A DNA stretch of 64,000 bases, taken from Polyangiales bacterium (lineage in GTDB: Bacteria; Myxococcota_A; Polyangia; Polyangiales; Ga0077539). The stretch's first letter is position 1; the number at the start of each line of letters is the position of its first letter. The notes under the pieces were generated by a model. The model searched no databases. It was given only the letters and a program-made list of their open reading frames with translations, and was not told the origin of the DNA. Location: assembly GCA_044229975.1 (NCBI GenBank), contig JBGARZ010000009.1, positions 347,947 to 411,946 on the forward strand, in the 5' to 3' direction. Below, in pieces: positions 9,158-18,669 of this stretch. The translations under genes and the position numbers were made by a program.

Positions 9158-10462
9158 TCAGTCGCCGCCGAGGTGGACGTGCACCTCGCGGCCCGCCACG
9201 AAGGTGCGCTCGACGCGACCCGTGACGTTCCATCCCTCGAAGGGGGTGTTCTTCGACTTGGAGTTGAGCTTGGCGGCCTGCACCGTCCACGCGCGCTCGG
9301 GGTCGATGACCACCACGTCGGCGCGCGAGCCCTCCCGCAGCGACGGCGCCCGCAGCCCGAACACCTTCGCCGGCCCGATGGTGAGCGCCTCGATCACCCG
9401 CGCCACCGACACACGCCCCTTGGCGACCAGACCCAACAGCAACGGCAGGCAGGTCTCCAATCCCACCATCCCGTGCTTGGCCTCGGCGAACTCGCAGTCC
9501 TTCTCCCGCTCGGCGTGCGGCGCGTGGTCGGTCGCCACGCAGTCGATGGTGCCGTCGGCGAGGGCGTCGATCATCGCGTCGACGTCGGCCTGCTCACGCA
9601 GCGGGGGATTCACCTTGCACGCGGTGTTGTACCCGAGCACCGCTTCGTCGGTGAGCGTGAGGTGATGCGGCGTGACCTCAGCGGTCACTCTCAGCCCGCG
9701 GGACTTCGCCTCGCGGACGAGCGCCGCCGTGCCCGCCGTGCTGGCATGGGCGACGTGGTAGTGGGCGCCGGTGCTCTGCGCGAGCATCACGTCGCGGGCG
9801 ACGATGTGGTCCTCGGCGACGCGCGGCCAGCCCTTGAGGCCGAGGCGCGTGGAGACGCGGCCCTCGTGCATCTGGGCGTTGGCGGTGAGCGCGTGGTCTT
9901 CGGCGTGCTGCACCAGCACGAGGCCGTGGGTGCGGGCGTACTCCAGCGCGCGTCGCATCACGCCCGCGTCGGTGACGCAGCGGCCGTCGTCGCTCACGGC
10001 GACGCAACCTGCATTGCGCAGGTCGGCCATCTCGGCGAGCACGCGACCTTCGAGGCCCTTGGTGATCGCCCCAATGGGATGCACCTCTACGATGCCGTGC
10101 GAGCGCCCCTTGGCGACCATCATCTCGGTGATCGCGCGGTGGTCGTTGACGGGGTTGGTGTTGGGCATCGCGCACACGGTGGTGAACCCGCCCGCGGCGG
10201 CCGAGCGCGTGCCCGTCGCGATGTCTTCCTTGTACTCGAGGCCCGGCTCGCGGAGGTGCGCGTGCAGGTCGACGAAGCCCGGTGTCACCCAGCGCCCGGC
10301 GCAGTCGATGATGACCGTGTCGCGGTCGTCGGCCTTCACCGCCGCGGCCGCCATCGGGCCCACCGCGGTGATGCGGTCCCCCTCGATGATGACGTCCGCG
10401 ACCTCATCGCGGCCCGTCGATGGATCCATCACTCGCCCGCCACGAAGCACCGTCCTGGTCAC
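9158..10462 (-). CDS. pyrC: dihydroorotase
   Basis: 434 aa; [16 protein letters not shown] and the metal-binding pattern of the cyclic amidohydrolase family; GTG start. Confidence 0.85.
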   Translation of the reverse strand: MTRTVLRGGRVMDPSTGRDEVADVIIEGDRITAVGPMAAAAVKADDRDTVIIDCAGRWVTPGFVDLHAHLREPGLEYKEDIATGTRSAAAGGFTTVCAMPNTNPVNDHRAITEMMVAKGRSHGIVEVHPIGAITKGLEGRVLAEMADLRNAGCVAVSDDGRCVTDAGVMRRALEYARTHGLVLVQHAEDHALTANAQMHEGRVSTRLGLKGWPRVAEDHIVARDVMLAQSTGAHYHVAHASTAGTAALVREAKSRGLRVTAEVTPHHLTLTDEAVLGYNTACKVNPPLREQADVDAMIDALADGTIDCVATDHAPHAEREKDCEFAEAKHGMVGLETCLPLLLGLVAKGRVSVARVIEALTIGPAKVFGLRAPSLREGSRADVVVIDPERAWTVQAAKLNSKSKNTPFEGWNVTGRVERTFVAGREVHVHLGGD

Positions 10463-10759
10463 GGCGCGACCCTACACGCCCGCCGCGCCGCGAGGCAACG
10501 ATCGGCGTAGCGGGCTGAGGTTCGGAGTGGGCGGTGACACGGGTGCTTGCGTCGCCCACCGACGCGTTGATAGCTTCCGTTCAACCGCGTCCCGGCTTCG
10601 ATCACCTACCGATCGGCCGCACTCGACGCGACCCTTGCAACAACAGCCTCGTCTCGGTTCGTTCACATCGCGCTGCACGTCGTCCGCGCGACACAACAAC
10701 CCCTCACCCCTCACGAGACCCGCGCCGTCTCGCCGAGGCACCGGTGCCCTGCGCGCACG

Positions 10760-11743
10760 ATGAGCGCGCTCGATACGTCCGGGTGGGCGACCCGGGTCGA
10801 GCTCCGCGTGCGCGGGCGCCTCTCGCGCGTGGTGTCCGCGGTACGCAGCGCGAGCCGTCCCGCGTCGGCGTGGGAGACCCTCGCGGCGCGCGACCTGATC
10901 CCGCTCGACTGGACCACGGGCACCCACGCGCGGGCGTTCGCGCCCGCCTCGATGTGCGGGCGGTGTGACCGCGGACTGACGCGGGAGCGCCACCGCTGGG
11001 GCCGTAGGTCGGCGCCGTTGACGCGGTGCCCGGAGTGCCTCGACCACTACGACGACTGCGCCGCGCGGACAGTACCACCGAGCCTCGACGACGTGATCGG
11101 GTTCGCGCTCGACCCGTCGGGAGTGGCGACCGCCGAGGCGCTCGGGCTCGAGGTCGCCGCACGGCTCGCCGAGGACCGACCGTGCGCGCAACGCGTGCTC
11201 TGGCGCTTTCGCGGCACGCGCGCGAGCAACCAGCTCGTCGAAGGTCGGCAGTACGACCCACGACTGCGCGCCTTCGACGAGATGAGCGCCCGCGCGTGGG
11301 ACATCGAAGAGGCGCTCACCGAAGGACCGCGCGACGACGACGATGCAGACGACGACGAGTACGACGAGCCCTATCGACCGCGCTTCAACGCCACGGTCTG
11401 GTCGTCGCACGGCGTACCGCCCTGCGCGGATCGGCACGTGGGCGTCGCCGCGATCTGGCGCGCAGCGCAGCGCATGGTGCTCGATCCATTCGCGGCACCG
11501 AGCAAGGCCGCGGACGTGGCGGGCGACCCGGTCGAGGCGCTGCTCGCGCGACACGAGAAGTGGGCGCACGAGCACGTCGGCGACACGCTCCGCCGCGGCG
11601 GCCCCGATCGTGACCGGCTCGCGGCCCTCACGCGGTGGCCGAACCCGTACGAGCCCGCGGTCGCGATCTGGGCGCTCGGGTACGGCATCGAGGCCGTCAC
11701 CGATCACACCGTGGTGCTGATCGCACCGACCTATGAGTCGTAG
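10760..11743 (+). CDS. hypothetical protein with CxxC...CxxC pairs
   Basis: 327 aa of diverse composition with an acidic DDDDADDDEYDE stretch; the antisense 561-aa ORF is Arg-rich shadow. Confidence 0.5.
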   Translation: MSALDTSGWATRVELRVRGRLSRVVSAVRSASRPASAWETLAARDLIPLDWTTGTHARAFAPASMCGRCDRGLTRERHRWGRRSAPLTRCPECLDHYDDCAARTVPPSLDDVIGFALDPSGVATAEALGLEVAARLAEDRPCAQRVLWRFRGTRASNQLVEGRQYDPRLRAFDEMSARAWDIEEALTEGPRDDDDADDDEYDEPYRPRFNATVWSSHGVPPCADRHVGVAAIWRAAQRMVLDPFAAPSKAADVAGDPVEALLARHEKWAHEHVGDTLRRGGPDRDRLAALTRWPNPYEPAVAIWALGYGIEAVTDHTVVLIAPTYES

Positions 11744-12356
11744 GAGCGTCGTGACAACGCAGGCGAGGAAGTTGGAGGTGTGGGGGCGGAACGTCACCCG
11801 CGCCGAGGTCTGGTCGTACGTCGTTCCGCACGTCAGGGCCGCTGGCTTCGAGGGGCCGCGGCTCGCCGAGGGAGCGCCGCCGCCGGGGGAGTGCGAAGAG
11901 CCCTGGGAGCAGGTCAGCCTCGGGGGCAGAGCCGTCTTCCTCGGCTTGTTGTCGATGAGCGAAGGCTGCGTCCTGTTCGACCTCATGCTGCGTCCGCCCG
12001 CCCTGGACGCGGCGCTGTCAGCGCTGTGGGAGGCGCTGCTCCGTGAGCCGCCCCGCTGGCTGGGCGAGTGCACCCTCCGGGAGCGGGCGGGCTGCGAAGA
12101 GACGGTGTTGATACACTCGTTCGCGCGACTGGCGCCGACGGTGGCGGGCGTCGACAACGACGACGGGCCGGTCCGTTGGGTCGTGCCCGGCGACGACGAC
12201 TACTGGTCGGTGATCGGGCGTCAGCGGCGCTTCCTCGCCGACTGGCTGCTCGCGGAGGAGAGCACCCCGAGCGCCGACGAGATCGCCGCCCTGTATGCAG
12301 CGTCCGTCGAGCGGGTGTGCGGCGGCGTCGTGCTCAACTGCGGATGGACGGGGTGA
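11733..12356 (+). CDS. hypothetical protein
   Basis: 207 aa; start overlaps the upstream gene's end by 11 nt, suggesting a two-gene unit. Confidence 0.45.
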   Translation: MSRRSVVTTQARKLEVWGRNVTRAEVWSYVVPHVRAAGFEGPRLAEGAPPPGECEEPWEQVSLGGRAVFLGLLSMSEGCVLFDLMLRPPALDAALSALWEALLREPPRWLGECTLRERAGCEETVLIHSFARLAPTVAGVDNDDGPVRWVVPGDDDYWSVIGRQRRFLADWLLAEESTPSADEIAALYAASVERVCGGVVLNCGWTG

Positions 12357-12558
12357 GCGCCTACCGGTCGTTGCACAGCAGGCATCCCCGCGCGTGGCAG
12401 TAGACGCCGTGCTGCGGGCAGAGCGCGAACGACGACGGCTCCGAAAACCTGTGGCGGAATGGTCGACCCGCGCGTGCCTGCCACAGGTCGCTGTACCCCG
12501 CGTGTCGTCGCGTCCCGCGGTGGCACCGTCGCGCCCCGTTCTTGCTCAGCGCCGCGCG

Positions 12559-13350
12559 ATGCTTCCCCGCGCCGCCTCGTGGTCGTCCCTCGCGCTCACC
12601 CTCGCCATCGCTTCGGCGGCCTCGCGCGCCGAGGCGCAGCCCGCGTTTCGACTCGACCCCTCCATCGATGTCCCGGTCATGGCGCTGGCGGCGCCGGTGC
12701 TCCTGAGCTGGCCGCTCGCCAACGAGCTGAGCCCGCCGTTCTGCGCGCCGCGCTGTGATGCGGCGACGCTCAACCCCCTCGATCGCCTCGCCGCGGGCAA
12801 CTACGACCCCGGCCTCGGAACCGCCGCCGACATCACGGCCATCTCCCTCGACGTCCTCGCGCTCGGCTCCATCGCGCTGGTCGAGGGCTTCCCCAACGCC
12901 GCCGTCGACGGGACGGTGGTGATCGAGTCGGTGATGGTCGCCAACGCGACGGCCATCTTGTTCAACTACGCGATCCGGCGACCGAGGCCGCGGCTGTACG
13001 GCGACGAGGCGCCGATGGACGAACGCACGGGCGGGCTCGCGGCGATGTCGGCCTTCAGCGGGCACGTGGCCAACGTGGTGGCGGCGACGGTGGCGACGTT
13101 TCAGGTGCTGCGTCGGACGGCGTCCCCGGCGGTCGCGTGGACGGAGCTCGGCGTGGGCCTGGCGGCGTCGACCTTCGTGGCGATCGCGCGGGTGTACTCC
13201 GGGTCGCACTTCCCGACGGACGTGCTCGCGGGCGCGGCGGTGGGCGCGGGCATCGGGTGGTTGGTTCCGGCGCTGCACCGGTCGCCGGTACGGGTGGCGC
13301 CGGTCGCGACGGTGGGCGGCGCGGGGCTCTCGCTGCTGGGAGCGTTTTGA
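12559..13350 (+). CDS. PAP2-family phosphatase (membrane)
   Basis: PAP2 motifs SGHVANV and SGSHFPTDVLAGAAVG; start MLPRAASWSSLALTLAIASAASRAEA (signal peptide). Confidence 0.75.
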   Translation: MLPRAASWSSLALTLAIASAASRAEAQPAFRLDPSIDVPVMALAAPVLLSWPLANELSPPFCAPRCDAATLNPLDRLAAGNYDPGLGTAADITAISLDVLALGSIALVEGFPNAAVDGTVVIESVMVANATAILFNYAIRRPRPRLYGDEAPMDERTGGLAAMSAFSGHVANVVAATVATFQVLRRTASPAVAWTELGVGLAASTFVAIARVYSGSHFPTDVLAGAAVGAGIGWLVPALHRSPVRVAPVATVGGAGLSLLGAF

Positions 13351-13371
13351 GGGGCGCGTTAGAGTGCGCCG

Positions 13372-15627
13372 ATGAGGGCTCCTTCATCCCGTCGGGTGTG
13401 TCTTCTCGTGGGCTTCGCCGCGCTCGCCGGGTGCGCGTCGCGGGGGCCGTCGCCGCTGCTCACGCTCCGCCGCGTGGTGCTCAACCAGAGCGGCAGCGGG
13501 TACTTCGAGCGCACCGGCCGCGTGGCGGGCGATCGCCTCGCGCTGCGCCTCCGCTCGCACGAGGTCGACGACGTGCTCGCGACGCTCACCGTGCTCGAAC
13601 GCGGCGAGCACCCGCGGCAGACGGTGGTGGCCGCGGGCGTTCCTCATGCGACGAGCGCCGTCGCCGCCGACGCCACGGTCAACCTCGACCTGCGCCTCCC
13701 CGACGCGCGCCCGCGAGACCTGATGGTGGCCTACGCGGTGCCCACCGCGAACTGGCAGGCCACCTACCGCGTGGTGCTCCCCGACCACGAGGGGGCGCCC
13801 GCGCTCGTGCAGATCTGGGCCCTCCTCCACAACTCCTCCGACGAGGACTGGAACTCCGTCCAGATGACCCTCGCCACCGGCGCGCCGCTGTCCTTCGCGT
13901 TCCACCTGCGGACGCCGTCGTTCACCGCGCGGCCCGACGCGACGGGGCGGCTCGTGGCGCCGGTGGTCAACGGCCCGGTGCTCTCCGAGCAGAGCCGCAA
14001 CCGCGAGGAGAGCGACAACGAGGTCGCGCTCATCCAACGTGAGCGCGGCGGCCGCGGCGAGGTCGCCGACCGCGACGGCGACGGCATCATGGACACCACC
14101 GACCGCTGCCCCGACCAGGCCGAGACCTTCAACGGCCAGCGGGACGACGACGGCTGCCCCGATCACGGAAACGTCGTCGCGATGGAGTCGGCGCAGCTCC
14201 GCCTCCTCCAGTCCGTCTCCTTCACCGCGAACTCCGTCGACCTCTCACCCCGCGCCGTCACCATCCTCGAAGCGGTGGCCGCGGTGATGCGTGGTCAGCC
14301 GGCGATCCAGCTCATCGAAGTGCAGGGCAACGCCTCGGACGAAGAGACCTCCGCGTGGTCGCTGGCGCTCAACCGCGCGGCCACCGTGCGTGCCCGGCTC
14401 ATCGCCATGGGCATCGCGCCCGAGCGGCTCCGCGCGCGCTCCTTCGGGACGACCCGCCCGCTGTCACCCGGCACCACCGCCACCGCGCGCGCCGCCAACC
14501 GCTACGTGGGTTTCCACATCCACTCGGCCGCGAGCGACGGCACCGCCAACACCACTGCCTCCAACGGCGTGACCGTCGCCAACCTCTCGGCGAGCGCCTC
14601 GCCCGATGCGAGCGCGCGGGAGTTTGCGGGAGCCACCCGCTTCACCGTCGCCGAGCCCGTGAGCATCGCCGCGGGGTCCGCTGCGCTCGTGACCATCGCG
14701 AGCCGCGAGGTTCCGGGCGACGACGTGTACCTCTTCCGCCCGGAGCCCGCGGCGCCGTCGAGCCGCGAGCACCCCTACCGCGCGGCCCGCCTGCGCAACG
14801 CCACCGGCATGACGCTCCTCCCCGGCCCGGTCGCCCTCTTCGCGGGCGGAACCTTCGCGGGCGAAGGTCTCCTCCAGCGCCTCCATGATGGAGAGACGAC
14901 GTTCATCCCCTACGCCATCGACCCGAGCACGGGCGTTCGCACCGAGGTGACCGAGCGCCGCGAACCCCGCCGCATCGTGTCCGTGCAACGCGCGGAGGTC
15001 GTGCTCGAAGACACGGCCGTCCACGCCACGCGCTACACCATCTCGCCGGGCGCGCAGTCCCCGTCGAACATCTACCTCCGCCACGCGCACCTCTCGGGCT
15101 ACGAGCCCCGCGCGCTTCCGCCGGGGAGCGAGTCGACGCCCGAGGCCGACCTCGTGCCGGTTCCGCTCTCGGGGCGCCGCGAGAGCGTGGTGACGCTGGA
15201 GCAGACGACCCCCGCGCGTCGCACCCTCTCGCTCCTCGACGATGTGTCCACCGACCTCGCGCCGTACCTCGCCGCGTCGAGCGAGGAGATGCGTCGGCGG
15301 CTCACGGCCGTCGTCGATCAGCGCAACGCCCTCGCGCGGGCCGAGCGCGAAGCCGAAGAGATCCGCGAGCAGCTCTCCGACGTGGCCGAGCGCAACGCCG
15401 AGCTCCGCGAGACGCTCCGTACGCTGGGCGTGGTGACCGACGCCGCGCGCGTGACGTTGCGAACGCGCCTCACCCAGCAGCTCACGGCCTCGATGACCCG
15501 GCACGCGACGCTCTCGGGTGATCTCGCGACGCGCGGGGCCAACGCCTCGGTGCTCCGCACGCAGCTCGTCGATGCGCTTCGCGGGCTGCGCTACGACGCC
15601 GACGCGCCGACGGCTCCCGCGCCGTAG
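13372..15627 (+). CDS. lipoprotein with TSP3 repeats and OmpA-like domain
   Basis: Signal and lipobox LAGCAS; thrombospondin type-3 repeats DRDGDGIMDTTDRCPDQAETFNGQRDDDGCPD; OmpA C-terminal-like region (SVDLSPRAVTILEAVAAVMRGQPAIQLIEVQGNASDEE...LNRAATVRARLIAMGIAPERL); long coiled-coil C-terminus. Confidence 0.7.
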   Translation: MRAPSSRRVCLLVGFAALAGCASRGPSPLLTLRRVVLNQSGSGYFERTGRVAGDRLALRLRSHEVDDVLATLTVLERGEHPRQTVVAAGVPHATSAVAADATVNLDLRLPDARPRDLMVAYAVPTANWQATYRVVLPDHEGAPALVQIWALLHNSSDEDWNSVQMTLATGAPLSFAFHLRTPSFTARPDATGRLVAPVVNGPVLSEQSRNREESDNEVALIQRERGGRGEVADRDGDGIMDTTDRCPDQAETFNGQRDDDGCPDHGNVVAMESAQLRLLQSVSFTANSVDLSPRAVTILEAVAAVMRGQPAIQLIEVQGNASDEETSAWSLALNRAATVRARLIAMGIAPERLRARSFGTTRPLSPGTTATARAANRYVGFHIHSAASDGTANTTASNGVTVANLSASASPDASAREFAGATRFTVAEPVSIAAGSAALVTIASREVPGDDVYLFRPEPAAPSSREHPYRAARLRNATGMTLLPGPVALFAGGTFAGEGLLQRLHDGETTFIPYAIDPSTGVRTEVTERREPRRIVSVQRAEVVLEDTAVHATRYTISPGAQSPSNIYLRHAHLSGYEPRALPPGSESTPEADLVPVPLSGRRESVVTLEQTTPARRTLSLLDDVSTDLAPYLAASSEEMRRRLTAVVDQRNALARAEREAEEIREQLSDVAERNAELRETLRTLGVVTDAARVTLRTRLTQQLTASMTRHATLSGDLATRGANASVLRTQLVDALRGLRYDADAPTAPAP

Positions 15628-15689
15628 GCTATGCGAGCAGGCACGCTCCTTCGTCTAGGTCGTTCCAGTGCATGGCGGGTCGCCGTGGG

Positions 15690-15725
15690 CTGCTGGGGTT
15701 CGCGCGCTGGCGCTCACCCCAGCAG
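15690..15725. terminator. GC-rich hairpin between convergent genes (putative bidirectional terminator)
   Basis: ctgctgggg (15690-15698) pairs with ccccagcag (15717-15725) around an 18-nt loop; sits in the 110-bp gap between convergent CDS ends. Confidence 0.35.
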
Positions 15726-15739
15726 ACCCCTCATCGGCC

Positions 15740-16165
15740 TCACGCCCCGCGACCGACGCGACCCAGGTGGGTGTCACCGAAGGCCGTGGCGTACTTGAGC
15801 CCGTAGCCGAGCGCGCGGTCGAAGCCGACGTGCGCGACCCAGATGGCCACGCCCGGCAGCAGCGACGGCGCGCCCAGCGCAAAGGCGACGAGCGCGAGCA
15901 GCGCGGGCCCGATATAGCTGTGCGCCATGTTGTAGGTGATGGACCCGACGCGGGCGTTGGCGAGGTACCCGATGAAGGACAGGTCGGGCAGCAAGAAGAG
16001 CGCCGCGAACCATCCCCAGCGCCCGCTCAGGTGGGCGTACGCGCAGACGGCAGCGGCGAGCACGACGGCGGCTTCGAGGCGCAGCACGATGCGGGGGACG
16101 CCGCGGATCGCTCCGACGGGAGTGGGGGTGGTGGGGGCGGCGGAGTCGGTGGCGGCGGTGTTCAT
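15740..16165 (-). CDS. small integral membrane protein (DUF4260-like)
   Basis: Start MNTAATDS; several TM helices; divergent from the LysR regulator. Confidence 0.45.
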   Translation of the reverse strand: MNTAATDSAAPTTPTPVGAIRGVPRIVLRLEAAVVLAAAVCAYAHLSGRWGWFAALFLLPDLSFIGYLANARVGSITYNMAHSYIGPALLALVAFALGAPSLLPGVAIWVAHVGFDRALGYGLKYATAFGDTHLGRVGRGA

Positions 16166-16236
16166 GGGAAGGAATCTGCGCCGTCGATGCACCTATGAAC
16201 ATTGTTCAAATGTGTTGATCCGCTCATCATGTCTTG

Positions 16237-17163
16237 ATGAGCAGCAGTGACCCCTCCTGGGACCTCTACGGCGCCTTCCTCGCGGTCATGCAGGGCGGCA
16301 GCCTCTCGGCCGCGGCGCGCTCCCTCGACGTGGCGCAGCCCACGGTGCGGCGGCAGATCGAGCAGCTCGAAGCGCAGCTCGGCGTGGTGCTCTTCACCCG
16401 CGCGCCCAACGGGCTCGTCCCGACGGAGGTCGCGCGCTCGACGCTGCCCTACGCGGAGGCCATCGCCTCGGCCGCGCGCTCGCTGGTGCGCTCGGTCTCC
16501 GCGCCCGCCGACGCCGACCGCGGGACGGTGCGGGTCACGTGCAGCGAGGTGGTGGGCATCGAGGTGCTGCCGCCGATCATCGCCGCGCTCCAACGCAAGC
16601 ACCCGCAGCTCCAGGTCGAGCTCGCCGCCACCAACCACAACGAAGACCTCCTGCGTCGCGACGCGGATGTGGCCGTGCGCATGACCGAGCCCACGCAGGA
16701 GGGGCTCGTCCGGCAGCGGGCGGGGCGCATCGAGCTGGGGTTCTTCGCGACGAAGGCGTACCTCGCGGAGCACGGGACGCCGAAGACGCTGGCGCAGCTC
16801 GGGCGGGGTCACGCGCTCGTGGGGTCCGACCGCTCGCGGGCGACCATCGAGGCGCTCGCGGCGATGGGGCTCGTCACGACGCCGAAGAGCTACGCGTTTC
16901 GCAGCGACAACCACGTGGCCCAGATCGCGGCGGTGCGGGCGGGTGTCGGGGTCGGCGTGTGCCAGGTGCCCATCGCGGGCGAGCTGGTGCGGGTGCTGCC
17001 GTCGGTGGCGTTTCACCTCGACGCATGGGTGGTGACGCACGAAGACCTGCGGGCCGTGGGGCGGGTGCGCGCGGTGTTCGATCACCTGGTGAAGGGCATC
17101 GGAGCGTACGCGACGAAGGGACACACCCGACCGGGCCCGGCGGGCATCCCACGGCGGAAGTGA
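16237..17163 (+). CDS. LysR-family transcriptional regulator
   Basis: N-terminal HTH (LSAAARSLDVAQPTVRRQIEQLE) plus LysR substrate-binding domain; divergently arranged with a membrane protein gene. Confidence 0.85.
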   Translation: MSSSDPSWDLYGAFLAVMQGGSLSAAARSLDVAQPTVRRQIEQLEAQLGVVLFTRAPNGLVPTEVARSTLPYAEAIASAARSLVRSVSAPADADRGTVRVTCSEVVGIEVLPPIIAALQRKHPQLQVELAATNHNEDLLRRDADVAVRMTEPTQEGLVRQRAGRIELGFFATKAYLAEHGTPKTLAQLGRGHALVGSDRSRATIEALAAMGLVTTPKSYAFRSDNHVAQIAAVRAGVGVGVCQVPIAGELVRVLPSVAFHLDAWVVTHEDLRAVGRVRAVFDHLVKGIGAYATKGHTRPGPAGIPRRK

Positions 17164-18620
17164 CCCACGACGTCGCCATCATCGGAGCCGGCTTCGGCGG
17201 ACTCGGCGCCGCCCTCACGCTCGCCGAGCGCGGCGCCCGCGTCGTCCTCTTCGAGTCGCTCAAGTACGCTGGCGGCTGCGCATCCACCTTCACCCGCGGC
17301 GGGTGGCGCTTCGAGAGCGGCGCCACCCTCTTCTCGGGCTTCGATGACGGCCAGCTCTTCGCCCGCTGGATCGCTCGCCACCACCTCCCCGTCGAGACCC
17401 GCGTCCCCGACCCCATCGTCGAAGTCCGAACCCCCACCTGGACGCTACCCGTCACCGCTCGCCGCGACGACCTCATCGCCCGCCTCTCTGCCTTCCCCGG
17501 CGCACCCCGCGATCGCCTCGCCGCCTTCTTCGCGCAGCAGTCCTCGCTCGCCGACGCGCTCTGGTCGCTCTTCGACGACCCGGCGCTGCTCCCGCCCTTC
17601 GGCGCGCGCGAGCTCCTCACCCACCTCGCCCGCAGCCCGCGCTACCTGCCGCTCGTCCCCTGGCTCGGGCGCCCGCTCGCCGACCTCGTCGCCCACCACG
17701 GACTCGCCGACTTCGACCCGCTGCGCGTCTACCTCGACGCCGTCTCGCAGATCACCGTGCAGGCCTCCTCCGCCGAAGCCGAGGCCCCCTTCGCCGTCGC
17801 CACGATGGACTACTACTTCCGCGGAACGCGCCACGTCCACGGCGGCATCGGCGCGCTCGCGACGGCCCTCGTCGACGCCCTCCGCACGCTCGGCGTCGAG
17901 GTGCGCCTGAGCGACGCCGCGCGACGCATCACACCCAACGACGGGGGCTGGCGGGTGCACGCGCGCCGCGGTGACGTCGACGCCCGACAGGTCATCGCCA
18001 ACCTCACGCCGCACGCCCTCCGCGCCGTGCTCGACGACCCGGCGCCCGAGCTCGACGCGCTCACGAAGCGGGTCGAGTCTGGATGGGGCGCCGCGATGCT
18101 CTACCTCGGGCTCGCGCGCGACGCCGCGGTGCGATCGGAGGCGCACCACCTGGAGCTGGTCGACGACCCGACGCGGGCCTTCATCGAGGGCAACCATGTC
18201 TTCTGCTCCATCAGCGGAGCGGACGAAGAGCGCGGGCCCGATGGGGCGCGCACCGCGACGGCCTCGACGCACGTCCCGATGACGAAGCTCATGGCGATGA
18301 GCCCCACGGCGCAGGGCGAACACATCGCCGCGGTGCAGGCCGCGATGGCGCGCACCATCGAGCGACGAGCGCCCGAGCTCACCGCCGCGACGGTGCACCG
18401 GATGACGGCGTCGCCCCGAACCTTCGCGCGCTTCGTGGGGAGGCCGGGCGGGTATGTCGGGGGGGTTCCGCGGAGGCGGGGGCTCGCCAACTACGCGGGG
18501 ATGATTCCGTCGCCGGTGCGGCCGGGGCTGTGGATGGTGGGGGACTCGGTGTTTCCGGGGCAGAGCACGCTGGCGACGGCGCTCGGCGGCGTGAAGGTCG
18601 CGGGGCGCGTCATGCGGTGA
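17160..18620 (+). CDS. FAD-dependent oxidoreductase, phytoene desaturase (CrtI)-like
   Basis: GTG start at 17160 overlapping the LysR stop (GTGA); N-terminal dinucleotide-binding motif DVAIIGAGFGGLGAALTLAERGARVVLFE; about 486 aa. Confidence 0.7.
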   Translation: MTHDVAIIGAGFGGLGAALTLAERGARVVLFESLKYAGGCASTFTRGGWRFESGATLFSGFDDGQLFARWIARHHLPVETRVPDPIVEVRTPTWTLPVTARRDDLIARLSAFPGAPRDRLAAFFAQQSSLADALWSLFDDPALLPPFGARELLTHLARSPRYLPLVPWLGRPLADLVAHHGLADFDPLRVYLDAVSQITVQASSAEAEAPFAVATMDYYFRGTRHVHGGIGALATALVDALRTLGVEVRLSDAARRITPNDGGWRVHARRGDVDARQVIANLTPHALRAVLDDPAPELDALTKRVESGWGAAMLYLGLARDAAVRSEAHHLELVDDPTRAFIEGNHVFCSISGADEERGPDGARTATASTHVPMTKLMAMSPTAQGEHIAAVQAAMARTIERRAPELTAATVHRMTASPRTFARFVGRPGGYVGGVPRRRGLANYAGMIPSPVRPGLWMVGDSVFPGQSTLATALGGVKVAGRVMR

Positions 18621-18669
18621 GAAGGTCCGCGCCCGACCCCGTGACCATTGCGGTACCTTCCGTCCCGCC

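Noticed and set aside
10472-12157. 561-aa minus-strand ORF
   Set aside because: Arg-rich, no motifs; antisense to two compositionally normal + strand genes (10760-11743, 11733-12356).
16539-18620. 693-aa ORF start at 16539
   Set aside because: N-terminal 207 codons overlap the LysR gene and are Arg/Ala-rich; the Rossmann motif follows the GTG at 17160.
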